Below, one piece after another: positions 9,496 through 21,582 of a stretch of 64,000 nt of DNA. The notes under the pieces are model-generated. The model had not been told where the DNA came from, searched no databases, and was given only the letters and a program-made list of their open reading frames with translations. This DNA comes from an uncultured delta proteobacterium (GTDB lineage: Bacteria; Desulfobacterota; Binatia; UBA9968). The stretch covers positions 192,001 through 256,000 of the forward strand of contig CAWJZV010000030.1 in assembly GCA_963847445.1 (NCBI GenBank), read 5' to 3'. The translations under genes were made by a program, and so were the position numbers. Each line of letters begins with the position of its first letter. Positions within the stretch are counted from its first letter, which is position 1.

Positions 9496-10306
9496 ATGAG
9501 AAAAATCGCCATCGCGCAATGCCAATCCAGCACCGACAAGGCCGCCAATCTGAAGAACGCGTTGCGACTCATCGACGAAGCCAAAAGCCAAGGCGCCGAA
9601 CTTGGTCGCCTTTCCGGAATTCCTCATGGCGTTTTCACCGGCGAGCCAGAGCGCGGCAGAGTTAACCGCGGTGGCCGAGTCCGTCGACGGCCCGTTTATC
9701 GCCGCGCTCCGTGATCGTGCCAAAGCGGCCAAGCTCGGCGTCCTGGCGGCGATCTATGAATCGAGTCCGATAGCCAATCGAGTGTACGACAGCGCGGTTT
9801 GGATCGACGCCGCGGGCGACATCGCGTCGGTCTACCGCAAGCTCCACCTCTACGACGCCTTCGGCTTCAAAGAGTCGGACAAGTTTCATCCCGGCAATGA
9901 CATCGCGCCGCTGGTCAGCTTCGGCGATGCACACTGCGGCACGATGATCTGCTACGACCTGCGCTTTCCCGAGCTGGCGCGAATGCTCACGCTGACGGGC
10001 GCCAATGTCTTATTCGCGCCATCCGGCTGGGTCCAAGGCGATCTCAAAGTCGAACACTGGCAGACGATGATTAAAGCGCGCGCCCTGGAGAACGGCTGCT
10101 TCGTCATCGCGCCCAATCAAGTCGGCAACATTTACACCGGCCACAGCATGGCGGTGGACCCGCTCGGACGCACGTTGGTCGATCTGCAAGAAAAAGAAGA
10201 ATTGGCGGTAATCGAAATTGACCTTGCCTTGGTCAATGAAGTGCGGAACAAACTACCGCTATTGCAAAACCGCCGCACCGACGTCTATGCAAAGCATGGC
10301 GGGTAA
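9496..10306 (+). CDS. Carbon-nitrogen hydrolase (Nit/deaminated glutathione amidase-like), frameshift near 9603
   Basis: FPE, YRKLHLYD, ICYDLRFPE triad motifs; ARALEN. Confidence 0.88.
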
Positions 10307-10318
10307 AACTCCAAGAGA

Positions 10319-10670
10319 TTTCACCACGAAGGCACGAAGGACACGAAGGTTTCGGAGGATAAACGTTCCGAACTTCGTGCTCTTCGTGTCCTCCTTCGAA
10401 AATGCATGCGAGGGATGATACGCATAACGAAGAGCCTGCGGGGCTCCGTCTTGCCGGCGCAGGCCGGCATCCAGACCCATCATCCTCCTGGATACCGTTT
10501 TTCAACGGTATGACGAACTCTGTCCGTCACCTGGATTCCGGCCCTTCGGCTTTGCTCAGGACAGGCGTGCGCGGGAATGACGAATCGAGGAGGGGAGCAT
10601 GTTCTGGGAATACAAACCATTTTCATGCTCTGTAGGCGAGCGCAAGCTCATGAAACACTTCGTGGTGAAA
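10319..10670. repeat. Nested repeat composite: family D hairpin (CACGAAG units) interrupted by REP-like palindromes
   Basis: TTTCACCACGAAG left arm and CTTCGTGGTGAAA right arm enclose GCCGGCGCAGGCCGGCATCCAG, CTGGATTCC...GGGAATGAC and CCCTTCGGCTTTGCTCAGG. Confidence 0.75.
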
Positions 10671-10898
10671 ACATCTTTCCCACTTGGTTGCGGATGAGCC
10701 GCCATAGGCTCTCTGCGGTTAAGCCTTCCGTTCGATCGAGATGAAAGCGTTACCGGGGTATAAGTTCCCCTATTTAAGGCGCGCTACATTAACCGTCAGT
10801 GAAGATTTTCAAACCGGAGATTTATTGCCAGGAAGAGAGCGGCGATTGGACAATCCGAACGGCGGAGCCGCGCAGCGCCGACAAGCCACTTCGCCTGC

Positions 10899-12107
10899 TC
10901 ACGGTTGAACTGGATCAACTGGTATCCCGATAGCGACTCCGCGACTAGGAATTTTTACCGACAAGTAGTCGAGCTTCTTACCGTCGAGGGCAAACTCGAA
11001 GTGAAGATGGGGGCCGGTGGCATAACCGGTCTGGCCGACTGCACCAATGGCTTCGCCTACATTGACCCGCCGGCCCTCTTCTACTCCCTCGGCAATGCGC
11101 GACAAATGCGAATAACTGGAGGTGTAACCGCCGGCATGCTTGAGCTCTACCATGAGGCCATTACCGGGGCGCGAACCGGCAAACTCGACAGTGCCGGCGC
11201 CGATCGCCATCACCGGCGTTCCATGAGCGGCCTGATAATCGATCGCTTCATGGGGTCGCAGCGCACCCGTCGCCGGATCGGGGCGCGCCAAATCGAAGGT
11301 CGAAGAGATCCGCTCGAATTTTAACGGCGCCGCCAGAAACGGCCGCGGCAACAAGTGACCGTCGCTATCGTAGTAGTGCAACACACCATCGTCGCCGCGC
11401 AAACCGAACGCATCCATAAACCGTCCGCCATGCACCACGCGCACCGCGGCCATCGCCCCCAAGGCGACATGTCCATTCAGATACTGTTTTTGCGGCACAA
11501 CTAACAACACTTCATCACCGGCAGTTAACGCAGCCTGCAAATCGAGCTCGGCGCTAAAAACCCGCTGCAACCCGGCTATCTGCGCCGCCGAGACACCGGC
11601 CCGTGCCGCGCTTTGCGCGAAACTATCGGTGATCCGTACCCGAACGATATTCGATCCCGCGACATGGGCAAGCTCCTGCCGCTCCACCGACCAGCCAACC
11701 AGATTGAAACTGGCGCGCACAAGATGCTCTTGCATGACGAACTCTACCGCGCGAACATTTCTATCCTGTCGGTCGACGACCAAACTGATGGTCTGGTCCC
11801 GCGGCATGCGCCGTAAATCCACCGAGGAATATAGTTTCTGCGACAACTCCTGCGCCGAGCCAGGACCAAGACCGAAACGATTCAGTAATCCTTGGAGAGT
11901 TTCATTGCGGCCGAGTTTTACCGCGATCCGTTCCTCCGAACGGTGTTCAATACGTTGCCAAGCAGATGCTTTCTCATCACTACCCGACGGATTCAGTGCC
12001 GGCACAAAAGCGAAGACTAACGCCAGCACCACGGCACAAAATGCCGCGCCGATCGGCAGACCGGCGAATATTTCGGTTATAAAAGTGCGTAGCAGTTTGT
12101 GAAGCAT
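10899..12107 (-). CDS. M23 family metallopeptidase (MepM-like), C-terminus probably frameshifted
   Basis: HEAIDY, YSHLS and TGPHLHFE motifs; N-terminal TM helix. Confidence 0.88.
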   Translation of the reverse strand: MLHKLLRTFITEIFAGLPIGAAFCAVVLALVFAFVPALNPSGSDEKASAWQRIEHRSEERIAVKLGRNETLQGLLNRFGLGPGSAQELSQKLYSSVDLRRMPRDQTISLVVDRQDRNVRAVEFVMQEHLVRASFNLVGWSVERQELAHVAGSNIVRVRITDSFAQSAARAGVSAAQIAGLQRVFSAELDLQAALTAGDEVLLVVPQKQYLNGHVALGAMAAVRVVHGGRFMDAFGLRGDDGVLHYYDSDGHLLPRPFLAAPLKFERISSTFDLARPDPATGALRPHEAIDYQAAHGTPVMAIGAGTVEFAGSRPGNGLMVELKHAGGYTSSYSHLSRIAEGVEEGRRVNVGEAIGAVGQTGYATGPHLHFEFALDGKKLDYLSVKIPSRGVAIGIPVDPVQP

Positions 12108-12290
12108 TAGGGAGTAGATCGAAAGAGTTTCGCAGTTTTGTATGCGAAACTCTCCAAGAGCGCAAGCGTTTTTTGTCTAAAATCGATCTACTCTTTAAAA
12201 CGAAAACAATTAAGAGTCCTAATTCCAGGCAGATACAATACCGCAAGTCGCGAAATAATTTTTCACCAAGGCGACTATTTTTCGAATCGG

Positions 12291-12803
12291 TCAGCTACAC
12301 AGCGCGAAAGCTGGATGATAAGCAGCCTGTGCCATGCGGATAATCGTTAGAAAAAGAACTGCGCTAAAAAATATTCCGGCGGAACATTTTCAAGCAATAA
12401 ATTTTCCCGAGCCACGAAACCCGAAACGCTCATAATATTCGGGCTCGCCGAGTAACACACAGCCTTGCGCATGCAGCGCGCATAGAGACTCCAACCCGGC
12501 AATTACCAAACGCGAGCCGATGCCGTTTCTCTGATAAGTCGGGAATACCGCCAGCGGCGCCAATCCGTACCAATCACAGAAACGCCCGGCGATCGTCACC
12601 GGCGAGAAAGCGACATGACCGACCACGCGACCTTCGACTTCGGCAACCAGCGAAACCGCCAGCGCACCGCTCTCACGCAATCGGTCGACCAGCAAGTGCT
12701 CCTTTTGATTGCTCTGGGCTACGCTAGCGAATGCCGCACTAACAACCTTACGGATCGCGGTAACGTCAGCATCTCGTTCGGCGCGAATCAGCAACTCAGC
12801 CAT
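12291..12803 (-). CDS. GNAT N-acetyltransferase (YhbS-like), frameshifted C-terminus
   Basis: VGHVAFSPV, LAPLAV...QRNGIGSRL, LGEPEYYERFGF; tail YHPAF in another frame. Confidence 0.85.
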
Positions 12804-12823
12804 TGTCTCGCTGGGTTGGGCAC

Positions 12824-13768
12824 TCAGGAGAGAACCGCTCGGCAAATCGCGTCGATATGCCGATGGTCGGTGCCGCAACAACCACCGAACACATTGAGTT
12901 GACTCAACCTGGCTTTACACTCGCGGTAGCGCTTGGCTAGATCGATAGGATCGCCGGCATCCAAAGATGTCGCTTCATCGAGTTCCTTGTGGCTCTTGGT
13001 CGACGCGTTGGCTCGGATTCCATGGATGCGCGACCGCCAGGCGCCGCCATTGTCGAGCACATCGGCAAAATGGCTCGGGTGCGCACAGTTAATCATGTAG
13101 TAAACCGGAGCATTGCCGGTGGCGCCATCGACTTGCGCGATCGCATCACCAAGCGCTTGGCCGTTGGGCAACTTGCCGTCGGTTTCCACGGTAAAGGAAA
13201 TCGCCACCGGCATGCCGGCCCCCTGCCCAGCGCGCACGATACCGATCGCCTCCTCCGGATAGGTCATGGTTATCGCCGTAACCATGTCCGCGTCGGCGTC
13301 GCGAAAGGCTTGTGCTTGCATGCGATGATAGTCCTGCGCCTCGGTTTCATTCATAAAGTTTGCTGGACTGTAACCGTCGCCCCGTGGGCCGATGCAGCCG
13401 CTGATCACCATCGGTGTGCGCTCGCTTTCAAAGTCATCGCGAATTTCATGCAGCAGCGCGATCGCCTGGCGATTCGCTGCGGCAAGAGCGTCAATCGAGT
13501 AACCCAGCTTCGCGCCCCAATCGGCGCTCGCCCGCCAGGTGGCGCTTTCGAGGATAAACCCAACGGCATATTTTTGCGCGATCTCGGCGTATGTCCGAAA
13601 ATACTTGCGAAGCGCTGCTTGGCCGGCGGCGTGTTTAAGCAGGTCGAAGGCAGCGAAGTAAGGCAGATCCAGGCCTTCGTGAAAAATCAACGTGGTCTCG
13701 ATACCACCGTCGGTAAGAAACAGCTCGTTGCTTAATTGCGGCAATGTTTCGCGATACTTGGCCATCAC
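12824..13768 (-). CDS. Homocysteine S-methyltransferase family protein
   Basis: LTDGGIET, INCAHP and GGCCGTD motifs. Confidence 0.9.
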   Translation of the reverse strand: MMAKYRETLPQLSNELFLTDGGIETTLIFHEGLDLPYFAAFDLLKHAAGQAALRKYFRTYAEIAQKYAVGFILESATWRASADWGAKLGYSIDALAAANRQAIALLHEIRDDFESERTPMVISGCIGPRGDGYSPANFMNETEAQDYHRMQAQAFRDADADMVTAITMTYPEEAIGIVRAGQGAGMPVAISFTVETDGKLPNGQALGDAIAQVDGATGNAPVYYMINCAHPSHFADVLDNGGAWRSRIHGIRANASTKSHKELDEATSLDAGDPIDLAKRYRECKARLSQLNVFGGCCGTDHRHIDAICRAVLS

Positions 13769-13783
13769 TGTTCTCCCAGCATT

Positions 13784-14773
13784 TTATTTGAGCCGTTCGA
13801 AAAACTTCTCCTTTTCCAATTCCTGCAGCAAGCTCAAATCGATAAACTGTTCAGGTTTGGCATTAACCGCCTGCGGCATGCTCTTGTACTCGTCGAGCAC
13901 CGCGCGCACTTCGTCGAGGGTTGGATAGGGACGCGCTTGAAAGAATTTGACGGCGTATCGATAGCCGTCTTCGAGGACGTCGGTATCGTTGATGCGCATG
14001 TACTTTTTCAACACGTTGATAGCGAGGCCTTTTTGCGTGCGGATGGCGTGAATGCCTTCGATCTCGCCCCGAATGAAATTCAGCGCCGTGGCGCGTTGGC
14101 GTTGAATGAAGCTTTTAGTCGAGGCTATCGCCACCGCCGGATACTTGTAGTCGAGAGTTTCGAAATCCGACAGTTCTCTAAAGCCGGCCTTCTTCGCGAC
14201 CGTGAGCGCCGGCGGAGAAATCGACCCGCCGGAAATCGCGCCCGCCTTCATCGCCGTCACCAATTCGGGTATGCCGCCGATCTGCACGATGGTGACATCC
14301 TTGGCGGGATCGAGACCGAGCTTGCGCAGATAGCGCCGGATCACCAGATCGCTCAAGGCGCCGAAGCGGCTGACACCCACCCGCTTGCCGCGCAGATCGT
14401 CGGCTGTCTTTATATCCGGCGTCACCACCAAGCTCTGCGGGATGATCGGCACCAGGGTCAACACATTGACGGTGTCGGCCCCCTGCAACGCCGCCTGAAT
14501 GGTGCCGTTGCCGCCGAGCTGGATCATCGGCGCTTCGCCGGCGATCAACGCCGAGGTGATTGTCGACGCGCTGCGAATCAAAACCAAGTCGACATCCAGA
14601 CCATACTTTTTGTACAGGCCGCCGTCATGAGCGATCCAAGTCGCCAGCGACCAGGAGCTTTCAGCCGAATAAGCGGCGCGCAGTTTGGTCAACTGCGCCG
14701 AAACGCCAGACGCCACGGCGAGTGATAAGACAAGGAAAAGGCCCGTCAACCGACTTATGCCGCTGAATCTCAT
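13784..14773 (-). CDS. NMT1/SsuA-like ABC substrate-binding protein
   Basis: Signal peptide, KYGLDV, DLRGKRVGVSRFG, C-terminal FIDLSLLQELEKE. Confidence 0.85.
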   Translation of the reverse strand: MRFSGISRLTGLFLVLSLAVASGVSAQLTKLRAAYSAESSWSLATWIAHDGGLYKKYGLDVDLVLIRSASTITSALIAGEAPMIQLGGNGTIQAALQGADTVNVLTLVPIIPQSLVVTPDIKTADDLRGKRVGVSRFGALSDLVIRRYLRKLGLDPAKDVTIVQIGGIPELVTAMKAGAISGGSISPPALTVAKKAGFRELSDFETLDYKYPAVAIASTKSFIQRQRATALNFIRGEIEGIHAIRTQKGLAINVLKKYMRINDTDVLEDGYRYAVKFFQARPYPTLDEVRAVLDEYKSMPQAVNAKPEQFIDLSLLQELEKEKFFERLK

Positions 14774-14929
14774 ATTCCCTCCTGGCCAATAGCCGTCAAG
14801 CACCTTGCATCGAACTGCAATGTTGCCACCCTGCAGATCAATTCACAACCCAACTCGTTAGCGCCCAGTCAACCAGCCCTGCAACTTTGTCCAGTTGTCA
14901 TTTGCGGAACACCTCGCCGAACACGATCT

Positions 14930-15997
14930 TGCTCTAACGCAACGCCTCTTCGACAAAACTGTTATTGAAAGTTAGCTTGGGATCGAGTTGTTTAGCTTTT
15001 GGGTGATCGAGAAACATGATCGCATCGGCCGGATCGCCTTCGTCAAGCTCGGTCCGTAAACTCGCTGGGACAATAGCGACGTTGCTGCCGAGAAGAATTC
15101 AAAGGTGCTCTGCAATGCTGCCTCGTCCTGAACTCGCGGTATAGCGGCGCAGAGCTATTCTTGCTCGATCGCGTTGACGTCGGTCTTGGACAATGTGGAG
15201 TAACGCGCCAGCCTTCGGCAAGTTCGATCGTCCCGGGTCGGCAGAAAACCATCACTGCGTTTGCGGTTCGCGTCTCCTTCAGGCCAGAATGATTCGCCCC
15301 GCGCCGAGCCGATGGTCGCAGTTCGGGTATCGTTCGACCATATTCGGTGTCGACGGCGGATCGAAGCAGTCAAGACTGAAGTGCGCAGGCCAGCCTGCTT
15401 GTTAAACCGCAACGGGTCGATGACCGATCATCGCCGCGGCCACCGCTCCCATTGAAGCCATCGATGAGCGGCTGCATGAGGATTCACCGACTCCGCCGCT
15501 GACGGCAAGATCTCGCTCGAGCGTAGGCGTTCATGCCGCGCGACGGCAGGGCCGCGGCATGGAAAGACCGGCGAAATAAGTCGACGCGCCAATGCGGCTG
15601 ACGGCAACTTTTTTCGCCTTTCAAATCCTCGATGGATTTGATGCCAGGCCTTGGCCATAGCCGTCGATCGTGAGCACCTGTCAAGTAGCTACCGATGACC
15701 GTGAGATCGCTACCAGCGAGCTGACTGGAGATAATCCCCGCGCCGCCGGTCAGACCAATGGGAAACTTCCCCCGCCATCATCGCCGCATTGATCAACGGC
15801 GAGCCGCCGAAGAATACCGGCACGACCTCCAGGCCATGTTTTTGAAACAGGCGCTCTTCAGACGGCGATGAAAAACGGCAGTGTCGCGGCCGAGATCGGC
15901 GGAGAGTAGCCAACGGTGAGCTTGATCGGATCGGCTTGACCCCGCGTACGCGGTCGCGGAGAAAGCCAGCAGCGCCACGAGGCAAGCTAATCTCATG
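14930..15997 (-). pseudogene. Degraded NMT1/SsuA-like binding-protein sequence(s)
   Basis: Fragments LFQKHGLEV, GIKSIEDLKG and LDPKLTFNNSFVEEA scattered across frames with stops. Confidence 0.55.
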
Positions 15998-16013
15998 AGC
16001 CGGCGCATAACCA

Positions 16014-17109
16014 TCAATTCACACCGTAGAGTCGCCGCGGATTGTCGCATAGATATTTTTTCATCATAGCCGGCGCGACATCCTCCCGCGCGCGCATGTT
16101 CTTGACGAAATCCGGCTCCTTGGACGGATCGTTGTGGCCGTAGTCGGAGCCGATGACGATATGATCTTCGCCGATGTAGTTGAGCAGATGCGGCAGTTCC
16201 TCGTCGGCTTCGCAGGCGATCCAGAAGCGGTACTCGCGGAACAGATCCTGGGGATTCTTGGTCTTGAAATCCGGCCGCGCCGACCGGCGCAGCACATGCC
16301 AGATATAGGGCACCCAGCTCGCCGCCGCTTCGATGAAACCGAAGCGCAGCTTGGGAAACAGTTCGGGAATCCGGTTGGCCACCAGATCGCGGAACGCGAC
16401 CACCGGCAGGACTCGATTGTGGGCGAAGGTGTGATTGCGCTCGACATCGAAGGGCTGCATCAAGTGCCGGCTGCCCGAGCCGGTATGAATGCAAATGGTC
16501 AGATCGAGTTGCTGCGCCAACGCATAGATTGGATGAAGCTGTGGATTATCGAGGGTCAGATTGCCTTCCATGCCGCGAAAAAACACGCCCACCGCGCCCT
16601 GCTGCTTGGCCCACTTCATCTCTTCCAGCGACGCAGCGATATCGCGTAGCGGCAAGATCACCACCCACTTGAGCCGATCCGGCGCTTTCGCGCAGGCGTT
16701 GGCGATAAAGCGGTTGTAGGCACGGCACAGCGCCACATCCAGCTGCGGCATCGTCGGTGAGATAGACCAGAAACAAGGTCGGATAAATCACCTGGACCTC
16801 GACGCCGATCTTATCCATGTCTTTCAACCGCGCCAAAGGATCGGTCAACTCGCGCACGGCCAGATGGATATCGCCGCGGCCGGACTCTTTCTTCTGCGCC
16901 GACGGCGTTATCAAACTGAAGCTCGCCTTGCCGGCGGGCTTGGGAAAAATTTCGCCGTCGATCAGCCAGAAGGCATTGCGCTCATGGTACCAAGTATCGT
17001 CCGGGATGCGCGCCAACACCGGCCGGCGCGGATACATTTCTTTGTCGATAAAACTCCACATCGCCTCGGACTCGGCGATATGGGTGTCGGCGTCGAAAAC
17101 TCCGGGCAT
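16014..17109 (-). CDS. Amidohydrolase_2 family protein, frameshift near 16750
   Basis: DADTH, VIYPT, ICIHTG, FIEAAASW and GSDYGH motifs. Confidence 0.85.
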
Positions 17110-17128
17110 CTTTAACTCTCCTCAAACA

Positions 17129-17280
17129 TTCAGTTCCAACAGTTTCAATTGTTCCAGTGGTTCCAGTCGTTCAGAAGACGGACACGAATCAGCTCTTAAA
17201 CTTTGCGACCTTTGCGTTCTCTGCGGCCAATCCTTCCGATTCCGACTTCTTCTCTCTGCGAACTCCGCGTCTCAGCGGTG
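17129..17280. repeat. Intergenic short tandem repeats (family A-like GTTCCA and family E TTTGCG/CTGCG units)
   Basis: GTTCCA/GTTTCAA units at about 9-nt period, then TTTGCGACC-TTTGCGTTC-TCTGCGG. Confidence 0.6.
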
Positions 17281-17289
17281 TATCCGTTC

Positions 17290-18286
17290 CTACTTCTTAA
17301 ACTTGTCGATAAATCCACTCTTGCGGATTTCATCGAGCACGCTGCTGTCCAGCAAACGCAGGCTTTCAGGCGTCTGCCCTTTGGCTTTCGGATTTTCTTT
17401 CGCCACCTGGCCGAGGATGAACTCGATACCTTTGCGGTCTGGCATGACCATCACGCCGTCGCCGTACTTGGCGAGATAGTAATCGTAGCCGATGGCGGCG
17501 TCTTCGTCGCTGACGCGGATGTATTTCTTGATCATTTGTATCGCCAGCGGTTTGTCGTTCTTCAACGTGATAATACCCTTCGATCACGCCCTTCATGAAG
17601 TTGACCACCTTGGCGCGGTTAGCTTCCAAGTAGCTGCGCCGCACCAGAAAGGCATTTTGCGGGAACGGCACGCCGCTTTCGGCGAGATCGATCAGTGAGT
17701 TCATCTTATGGTCGCGCAGCGCCATGGTCGTCAGTGGTTCGGACAATAGCGTCGCGTGAATGCTACCGCCGACGATAGCCGAGAAGCGCGTCGAATTGCC
17801 GCCCGCTTGGATGATCGTGACATCCTTGGGGTTGACGTTGAGTTTTTCCAACGCCAACTGGGTGGCGTAATCGGACGCCGAGCCGAATCGGCTGATGGCG
17901 ATGCGTTTGCCCTTCAAGTCCTCAGGCCGTTTGATGTCCGGCCGGGTCACCAACTTGTTGGGGATAAAATTGATCCCGCCGGCGATGATCGTCGAGTCGC
18001 CGCCCTGCAAATTGGCGGTCACCGCCAAGGCGCCGGTGGTAAACGCCGCCTGAGTTTCATTGGCCAACAACGTCTGCATCGACACCGTGCCGTTCTCGAT
18101 GGCGAGATATTCCATGTCGAGGCCGTATTTTTGGAATATCTTTTTCTCGTAGCCGACCCACAACACCGCATGGATCGCCGTGCCAAAACCACCGCTGACG
18201 GCGCGGAAGCGATTCTGCGCCGCTGCTGGCGCAACAGATAAACTGAAAAACAGCAGGAGCAATGGTATCCAAATGATTCTTTTCAC
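17290..18286 (-). CDS. NMT1/SsuA-like ABC substrate-binding protein, frameshift near 17568
   Basis: KYGLDM, DLKGKRIAISRFGS, C-terminal LDEIRKSGFID. Confidence 0.85.
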
Positions 18287-18419
18287 GATCGTCTCCCCAT
18301 GAAATTGCCGGCGAATCCCTCTTTCGGGATATCTACGATGCTTTTACGCTGTGATCAGGCTGCGAGCAAGACGTATAAAGGCCTTGATCGATGGTCAGAT
18401 TGCGATATTCTCCAGGGCG

Positions 18420-19445
18420 ATGAAGTCTGATCGAGCTTGCCGCAGAAACTTAACACATTGTCGCTGGCTTTTTTGTCTCATGATTGGGTCGGCCGCGATG
18501 TTCCACAGCCCCGGCTCGAGCCACGCGCAAGAGCCGGAGAAACTCGTCATCGGTCACTCCAACCTACGCAACGACATCGCCGCACTCTGGGTGCCGAAAG
18601 AACTCGGCCTGTTCCGTAAGCATGGGGTCGAGGCCACGGTGGTGCTGATCACCGGCGGCGCGCGCATGACCCAAGCCATGTTGTCCGGCTCCTCCCCAAT
18701 GGCGTTTACCGGTGCAACCCCGGTGGTAAGCGCTGTCGGCGGCGGCGCCGATAGTGTGCTGATTCTCGGCATCAACAATAAACTCACTTACGACATCTGG
18801 GCCAAGGCCGAGATCAAAAAGCCCGAGGAACTCAAAGGTAAGACCATCGGCATCAGCGGCTTCGGCAGCTCCTCCCATGTCGCGTCCTTTTTGATGCTGC
18901 AACATTTCAACTTGGACGAGAAACGCGACCGAATAACCTTTGTCTCTATCGGCGACGAACCCACGCGCGCCCAAGCGGTCTTAGCCGGGCGCATCGACGC
19001 CACCTTGATGGACGCATCGATTTCCGGTCAGATCAAAGGCCGGGGACCGACTTATCTCGGCAATCTTGAGCAACTTGGCGTACCATTCGTCAACAACGCA
19101 CTGGTCACCACTCGCTCATTCCTCAAGGATCGAGCGAAGACTTCCGAGGCGGTGGTCAAGGCGATAGTCGAAGGTAATGCTTTCATCCTCAATCCCGCGA
19201 ATCGCTCGACGGTCACAAATATCGTTGCCAGATACCTGCGGCTTTCCGCCGAAGATGCCAAGCACGCCTACGACGACTTGATCCCCAAAGTTGAGCGTCG
19301 CCCTTATCCCAACCTCGACGCGGTCAAGGCCGCCATCCAGATCATGGGCGCGCGAAATCCTAAAATCGCTCAGCTGAAAACCGAAGATATCGTCGACACG
19401 AGTATTCTCCGGCGTCTCGAACAGAGCGGTTTTATTCGCCAGTAA
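18420..19445 (+). CDS. NMT1/SsuA-like ABC substrate-binding protein (start uncertain)
   Basis: LFRKHGVE, ELKGKTIGISGFGS and DTSILRRLEQSGF. Confidence 0.85.
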   Translation: MKSDRACRRNLTHCRWLFCLMIGSAAMFHSPGSSHAQEPEKLVIGHSNLRNDIAALWVPKELGLFRKHGVEATVVLITGGARMTQAMLSGSSPMAFTGATPVVSAVGGGADSVLILGINNKLTYDIWAKAEIKKPEELKGKTIGISGFGSSSHVASFLMLQHFNLDEKRDRITFVSIGDEPTRAQAVLAGRIDATLMDASISGQIKGRGPTYLGNLEQLGVPFVNNALVTTRSFLKDRAKTSEAVVKAIVEGNAFILNPANRSTVTNIVARYLRLSAEDAKHAYDDLIPKVERRPYPNLDAVKAAIQIMGARNPKIAQLKTEDIVDTSILRRLEQSGFIRQ

Positions 19446-19473
19446 CAACTGCTGCATCGACGAAAGGATAATC

Positions 19474-20572
19474 ATGATTTTTCTCACCAACGAACAGATC
19501 GAGCAGGTCTTGGACATGAAAACCTGCATCGACGCCATGGAAGACGCCTATCGCGAGCTCAACGAGCTCAAAGCCGGCTATCGCCCGCGCATCGACTTCT
19601 ACGTGCCCAACGAGCCGCATTACTACCGCTGGGGCACCATGGAGGGCGCGTCGCGCAAGCTGGGCATGTTCGCGATTCGCATGAAGTCGGACATGCTCGC
19701 CTGGGAAAATCAGGACGGCTTCATGGTCGAAGACAAGTATTGCATGGAGCGCGGCACCTACTGCGGCTTGATCTTTCTCACCAGCACGCGCAACGGCGAG
19801 CCGCTGGCGATCATGAACGACGGCTATTTGCAGCATATGCGCGTCGGCGCCTGCGCCGGCCTTGGGACAAAATATCTCGCCCGCAAAGACGCCAAAGTCA
19901 TGGCCATGATCGGCTCCGGCGGCATGGCGCGAACCTATGCCGAAGCGATCAAACATGTCCGGCCGCTCGAAGTCATGCGCGTGTTCAGCCCGACGAAAAA
20001 GAACCGCGAAGCCTTCGCCGCCGAGATGACCGAGAAACTCGATATCGAAGTGATCGCCGTCGACTCGCCGGAGAAAGCGCTCAAAGGCGCCGATATCGTG
20101 TCGCTGACCACCGATTCGCTCGATCCCGGTGATCAAGGCCGAATGGCTGGAGCCCGGCATGCATATCAACAACGTGCGCAACAACGAAGCCGGTCCCGAC
20201 GTGCTCGCCCGCGCCGACGTGCGCGCGCGCTTGGGCACATCGACGCTGTACGCCGACCGCAACGCGCCCGAGGTCGTCACCGGCAGCGACGGTATGTTCG
20301 GCTTCATCGCCGGCAGCCCGGATGAAAAGCAGAAAATCCCTTCGTCGCCGCACCATGAGATCGACAACCCCAACATCGGCACGGTCCCCGACATCATGGC
20401 CGGCAAATGGATCGGCCGCGCCAACGACCAACAAGTCACCTTCTTGAACAACCAAGGCACCCAGGGGTTGCAATTTGCCGCCGTCGGCGGCACGGCGTAT
20501 AACTTAGCCAAGGCCAAAGGGTTAGGCCATCCGATGCCTTTGGAATGGTTCACGCAAAACATACGAGATTGA
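19474..20572 (+). CDS. Ornithine cyclodeaminase family protein, frameshift near 20128
   Basis: HMRVGA, IGSGGMA, LEPGMHI and QGLQFAA motifs. Confidence 0.85.
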
Positions 20573-20578
20573 GAATAA

Positions 20579-20660
20579 TGGAGTGATGGAGTACTGGAGT
20601 GTTGGGTAGATTCGGAATACCGACCCACTACTCCATTACTCCACTGACTCCATGACTCCA
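20579..20660. repeat. Tandem-repeat hairpin, family B
   Basis: TGGAGTGA-TGGAGTAC-TGGAGTGT ... ACTCCA x4; homologous to 2641-2713. Confidence 0.85.
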
Positions 20661-20681
20661 ATCCCGACCCGGAGGACTCCC

Positions 20682-21477
20682 ATGGCAACACTACGCTACG
20701 TCGCTTATCTCGCCGAAGATCCCGCGAAGCTGGTCGATTTTTACCAGCGCTTTCTCGGCACCGAAGAACTGGGGCGAACCCCCGAAGGCGACATCACCAT
20801 CACCGACGGCTTTTATAATTTAACCTTTTTCAAGAACCGCCCGGAGCTGGGCGAGATGCAAATGAACAACGGCCTGCACCATATCGGCGTGCAGGTCGAC
20901 GATCTCGAAGAAGTGAAAGGGCGATTTTTAAGATTGAATCCCGCGCGGCATGATCATCCAGGAGGCGAACGATTTGCAGCATGGCCAAATTCGCTTGCAC
21001 GACCCGGAATGCCGGCCGGTCACGGTGTCGACGACGAGCTTCGGCGTGCCGGCGAGCAAAGAGAAGAAATTTCCGCGCGTGCGTCACATCGCCTACAACG
21101 CCCTCGATCCCGAAACCATGTTGCAGTTCTACACTCAGGTGCTGGGACTGCGCGAAGTGCCGTCGAGCTATCTGCGCCGCCAGCAGGGACGCGGCAATCG
21201 CTTCTGCGCCGACGGCCAAACCAATCTGGCGATTCATCCCTTTTACAGCCAGGTCGAAGGCCACGAAGCCAAGTACGGCATCAACCATATCGGCTTTTTG
21301 ACCAACACCATGCAAGCGACGATGGCGGAGCTCAGCAGCGTCCTGAAAATCGCCCCGCGCCCGTCGACGCGGCCCTACGCCGAGTTTCGTTTCCGCGATC
21401 TCGAAGGCAATGCGCTGGATTTATCGCAAACCAAGGGTTGGGAAGTGGACGTCGATAAGTGGGAGAGCGCGGCGTAA
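20682..21477 (+). CDS. VOC/glyoxalase-family protein (two domains), frameshift near 20945
   Basis: GLHHIG, RVRHIA, GINHIGF and FRDLEGN. Confidence 0.8.
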
Positions 21478-21484
21478 AAGATTT

Positions 21485-21515
21485 GTTCAAGGTTCAAGGG
21501 TTCAAAAGTTCAAGG
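21485..21515. repeat. GTTCAA tandem repeat (single arm, family A)
   Basis: GTTCAAG-GTTCAAGG-GTTCAAAA-GTTCAAG. Confidence 0.7.
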
Positions 21516-21582
21516 TAAGACTCGTATCGGATGGGTGGAGCGCTGCGGTACCGATCGATTCGAAGGGTAACGGTTTAGCATT

